A stretch of DNA of 64,000 nucleotides from Macrostomum lignano (lineage: Eukaryota). The DNA is taken from positions 1 through 64,000 of the forward strand of contig NIVC01000689.1 of assembly GCA_002269645.1 (NCBI GenBank), written 5' to 3'. The position numbers were made by a program, and so were the translations under genes. How positions within the stretch are numbered: the stretch's first letter is position 1; each line of letters opens with the position of its first letter. Below, piece by piece: positions 61,231 to 64,000 of the stretch. Under the pieces are notes generated by a model that was given only the letters and a program-made list of their open reading frames with translations, made no database searches and was not told the DNA's origin.

Positions 61231-62397
61231 GCGGCTGCTTCGAACCCGGTGCGCAGTGCTGAGCGTACGGGGCCGGCCCAGTTCATTCGGTACACCCCCA
61301 GCCAGCAGGGCGCCGGCTACAATTCCGGCTCAGCCCAGCGAATAGTTCGAATGGTGGAAGCCCAGAAAGACCCAATGGAGCCGCCGAGATTCCGCATCAG
61401 CAAGAAGGTGCCCCGCGGACCGCCCAGCCCGCCTGCCACGGTGATGCACTCGCCGCCGCGCAAGGTCACCTCCAAGGAGCAGGCCGATTGGAAAATTCCG
61501 CCCTGCGTGTCCAATTGGAAAAATCCCAAAGGCTACACAATCCCGCTAGATAAGCGAGTCGCCGCCGACGGTCGCGGACTGCAGGGCGTCCACGTCAACG
61601 AGAAATTCGTCATGCTAGCCGAGGCGCTGCACACGGCCGAGGTGAAGAGCCGCGAGGCCGTCAGCATGCGGGCCAAGGTGGCCAGCCGCATGCAGCAGGC
61701 CCAGCGCGAGAAGCACGAGGAGACGCTGCAACAGATCGCTAGTCGGGCGCGTGGCGAACGCGCCGGTCTGGCGCCGGCTGCCGAAGCGGCCGAAGCCGCG
61801 GCCGAGGCGCGGGAACGCGACGCCATCCGTCGGGAGCGCGCCGAGCAGCGGGCGCACGAGCGCAACAGGAAAGGCGGTGGCGGCGCCAACGACCGCGACC
61901 GGGACATCTCCGAGCAGATCGCGCTGGGCCGGCCAGCTCTGCAGCGGAACCAGCAGGACCCGGAGGCGGCGTTCGACTCGCGCCTGTTCAACCAGGACGC
62001 CGGCCTGGCCTCGGGATTCCACGCCGGCGAAGACGAGATCTACAACGTGTACGACCAGCCTTGGCGGGCCAACGCGTCCAGCGCCGGCCATCTGTACCGG
62101 CCGACCAAAGGCCTGGAGGAAGGCGCCAGCGCCGACGAGGAGCTCGGCCGGCTCGCCTCGGGCACCGGCCGGTTTGTGCCGGACCGGCGCTTCGAAGGCA
62201 CCGGCGGCGGCGCTGGAGGAAGTCGGCGAGATGGGCCGGTGCAGTTCGAGAAGCAGGTCGAAGAGGACCCGTTCGGCTTGGACGACCTGTTCGACAAAGT
62301 CAAACGGTCGGAGACGGTCGGCACCGGCAGCAAGCGGCCGGCGTCCGGGCATCGGGACGAGGGCGGCAGCGGGCGGAAGCGGGATCGTCGGGATTGA
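61231..62397 (+). CDS. SNW1: SNW1/SKIP 3' exon
   Basis: AQFIRYTPSQQ, DPMEPPRF, PRGPPSPP, IPPCVSNWKN (SNW signature), RDISEQIALG, FDSRLFNQ, YNVYDQPW, GPVQFEK, DPFGL; acceptor cccgcag|, TGA 62395-62397. Confidence 0.97.
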   Translation, partial: AAASNPVRSAERTGPAQFIRYTPSQQGAGYNSGSAQRIVRMVEAQKDPMEPPRFRISKKVPRGPPSPPATVMHSPPRKVTSKEQADWKIPPCVSNWKNPKGYTIPLDKRVAADGRGLQGVHVNEKFVMLAEALHTAEVKSREAVSMRAKVASRMQQAQREKHEETLQQIASRARGERAGLAPAAEAAEAAAEARERDAIRRERAEQRAHERNRKGGGGANDRDRDISEQIALGRPALQRNQQDPEAAFDSRLFNQDAGLASGFHAGEDEIYNVYDQPWRANASSAGHLYRPTKGLEEGASADEELGRLASGTGRFVPDRRFEGTGGGAGGSRRDGPVQFEKQVEEDPFGLDDLFDKVKRSETVGTGSKRPASGHRDEGGSGRKRDRRD

Positions 62398-62587
62398 GCA
62401 GAGTCGGACAGCTGCTGCCGGCTTGGCATTTCTTTGTTTATTTGTCAGATTGAGAACGGTCTTAATATTGCCAAGCTTGTGTATGTAAATGGCAATCCAA
62501 GGAATTCTCTATGTTCGCTCTGCTTCCTAGGAAGCGACACTCCAAGTTCCAAGTTTATCAGTTTAGTTTCAATAAAGAAATAATTGC

Positions 62588-62621
62588 TTTGGCGGCAGTA
62601 GATTTAGCCTTGTCCATGGGC

Positions 62622-62696
<75 letters not shown>

Positions 62697-62707
62697 GACA
62701 GATAGAC

Positions 62708-62739
<32 letters not shown>

Positions 62740-62761
62740 TAACAGATAGATAGATAGACAC

Positions 62762-62828
<67 letters not shown>

Positions 62829-62975
62829 CAGATAGACAGAAAGATAGATAATAGATATGACAGTTTGCTGCTGCCGGTATCCTTTGCGCTGATGTACATG
62901 GCCGAATTATCAACTTGGTTGCCTTTTTCGACTATGTGTATGTCTATGGGCAAAACCAAGTCTACCGCTGCCAAA
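62588..62975. repeat. (GATA)n tract (about 62625-62855) enclosed by an imperfect 30-bp inverted repeat
   Basis: TTTGGCGGCAGTAGATTTAGCCTTGTCCAT (62588-62617) versus ATGGGCAAAACCAAGTCTACCGCTGCCAAA (62946-62975). Confidence 0.7.
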
Positions 62976-63725
62976 TGGCAATTCTCAACTTGGCTGACAA
63001 AGCAGTACCTATCGGTATAAGCGATTAAGTATAATTGGCTACCTTAGTGGTGGAGAGTGGCAGAGAGACCGCTAATCTCAAATCTATTTCAGATGTCTAT
63101 GGGCCAACTTATAAATTTGCTATTTAAATCAACCAGGTGGGGAGTCCCCGTTCGCTCTACTCGTTCGTTAGAGATAGGCTACAGAACTGCACTCGTCCTT
63201 GTTGGGTGATTGCTCTCGTGTTTATTGCAATGTTTTTCCTGCTCTAACTTGTAACATGAACTGTTATTTTGCTTGTGTGTGCATTCGTATGTTTGTTGTT
63301 GACTGTCTTTTTTTTAAAGTCTGCTAGCGCGGCTACAACATCGCTGACAATTCATGCCTTCATTTTGGGACATTTTAAAGCTGCAAAAATATGGTGATTC
63401 TATTGTTCTTTTGTGTTTCTCTCCTCATCAATTAATAACTCCCAGCGGTAGCATAACCCCCGCTATTATTTGTTTTATTTCATTGACAGTTGGGAAAAGT
63501 TTTTCTTTGGTGAAACCTGTGTCAAGTTTGCTATCCCTTTTGGGGTTATTATCTTATACCTCACTTTGCGGCAACTTCTCACTCACAATTCAACCCTCAA
63601 GTTACGCAACTACTCATAGGCCGCCGCGAGGAAGGGGAAACTTATTGAATCAATAATAAACGTCAGTCGCACAAAATCAACAGTTTACTTTTTATGCAAT
63701 ATGCCGGTTAGAATCGCGATGCTTT

Positions 63726-63998
63726 ATAACGCGTGTGGGATCTCCTCACACGCAGAAGTGCGGCGACTCTGCGGTGCATCCCCAGCTGATGAGGCGGTGT
63801 AGAAAGTCCTGGGGGAGGCTGCTGCCAAGCGTTTTCAATGGCATGACGCAGCTCCGTAACAGTCTGGGGTGGATTCTCTTTTCAAATGTTGCGTTTTAGG
63901 AAGTCGCAGACATGCTCGATGGGATTCATGTCTGGGGACCGGGAAGGCCAGCGCAGAGTGCGCAGCTGTAGGCCTGTAGCTGTTCTTTCAGTTGACTG
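63726..63998 (-). mobile_element. Decayed Tc1 transposase C-terminus, running off the window edge
   Basis: LRWPSRSPDMNPIEHVCDFLKR*...LRHAIENAWQQ/LPQDFLHRLIS/MHRRVAALLRVRRSHTRY; matches the Tc1 WPS.SPDLNPIE motif; one stop and frameshifts. Not in the ORF track. Confidence 0.85.
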
Positions 63999-64000
63999 AC

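Noticed and set aside
61533-62488. Overlapping 129-245 aa ORFs in other frames of SNW1
   Set aside because: Shadow ORFs of GC-rich coding sequence.
63780-63815. CTGATGAG...GAAA hammerhead-like core
   Set aside because: Stem II cannot pair; the sequence is explained by the antisense Tc1 transposase.

Overview
Eukaryotic (invertebrate animal) genomic DNA: GC-rich exons, GT-AG introns and AT-rich spacers packed with micro- and minisatellites. The style is consistent with a flatworm such as Macrostomum, but that is inference only. No prokaryotic features, CRISPR arrays, rRNA or tRNA genes were recognised. Four multi-exon genes could be assembled by hand with consistent splice phases: (1) a 3-exon class-A peptide-receptor-like GPCR (+, 1079-3459) with degenerate activation motifs; (2) an 8-exon secreted protein with two F5/8C discoidin domains and an F-type-lectin-like domain (-, 22128-12432); (3) an even-skipped (Evx) homeobox gene (+, 37230-40839); (4) SNW1/SKIP (+, about 60026-62397). 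There is also a candidate 2-exon orphan gene for an N-acylated 150-aa protein (-, 33859-32067) and a 49-aa small ORF. Mobile DNA includes a 5'-truncated RTE LINE with a target-site duplication, a piggyBac transposase 3' half, two IS630/Tc1-like relics (one with ~320-bp TIRs and an intact HTH-only ORF), a Tc1 C-terminal relic and hAT-type MITEs. Most long ORFs in the supplied track are artefacts of tandem repeats. I did not find a clearly new multi-gene system. The best leads are a branch-point/acceptor-mimicking minisatellite in evx intron 2, the atypical GPCR, the orphan acylated protein and the HTH-only transposon.
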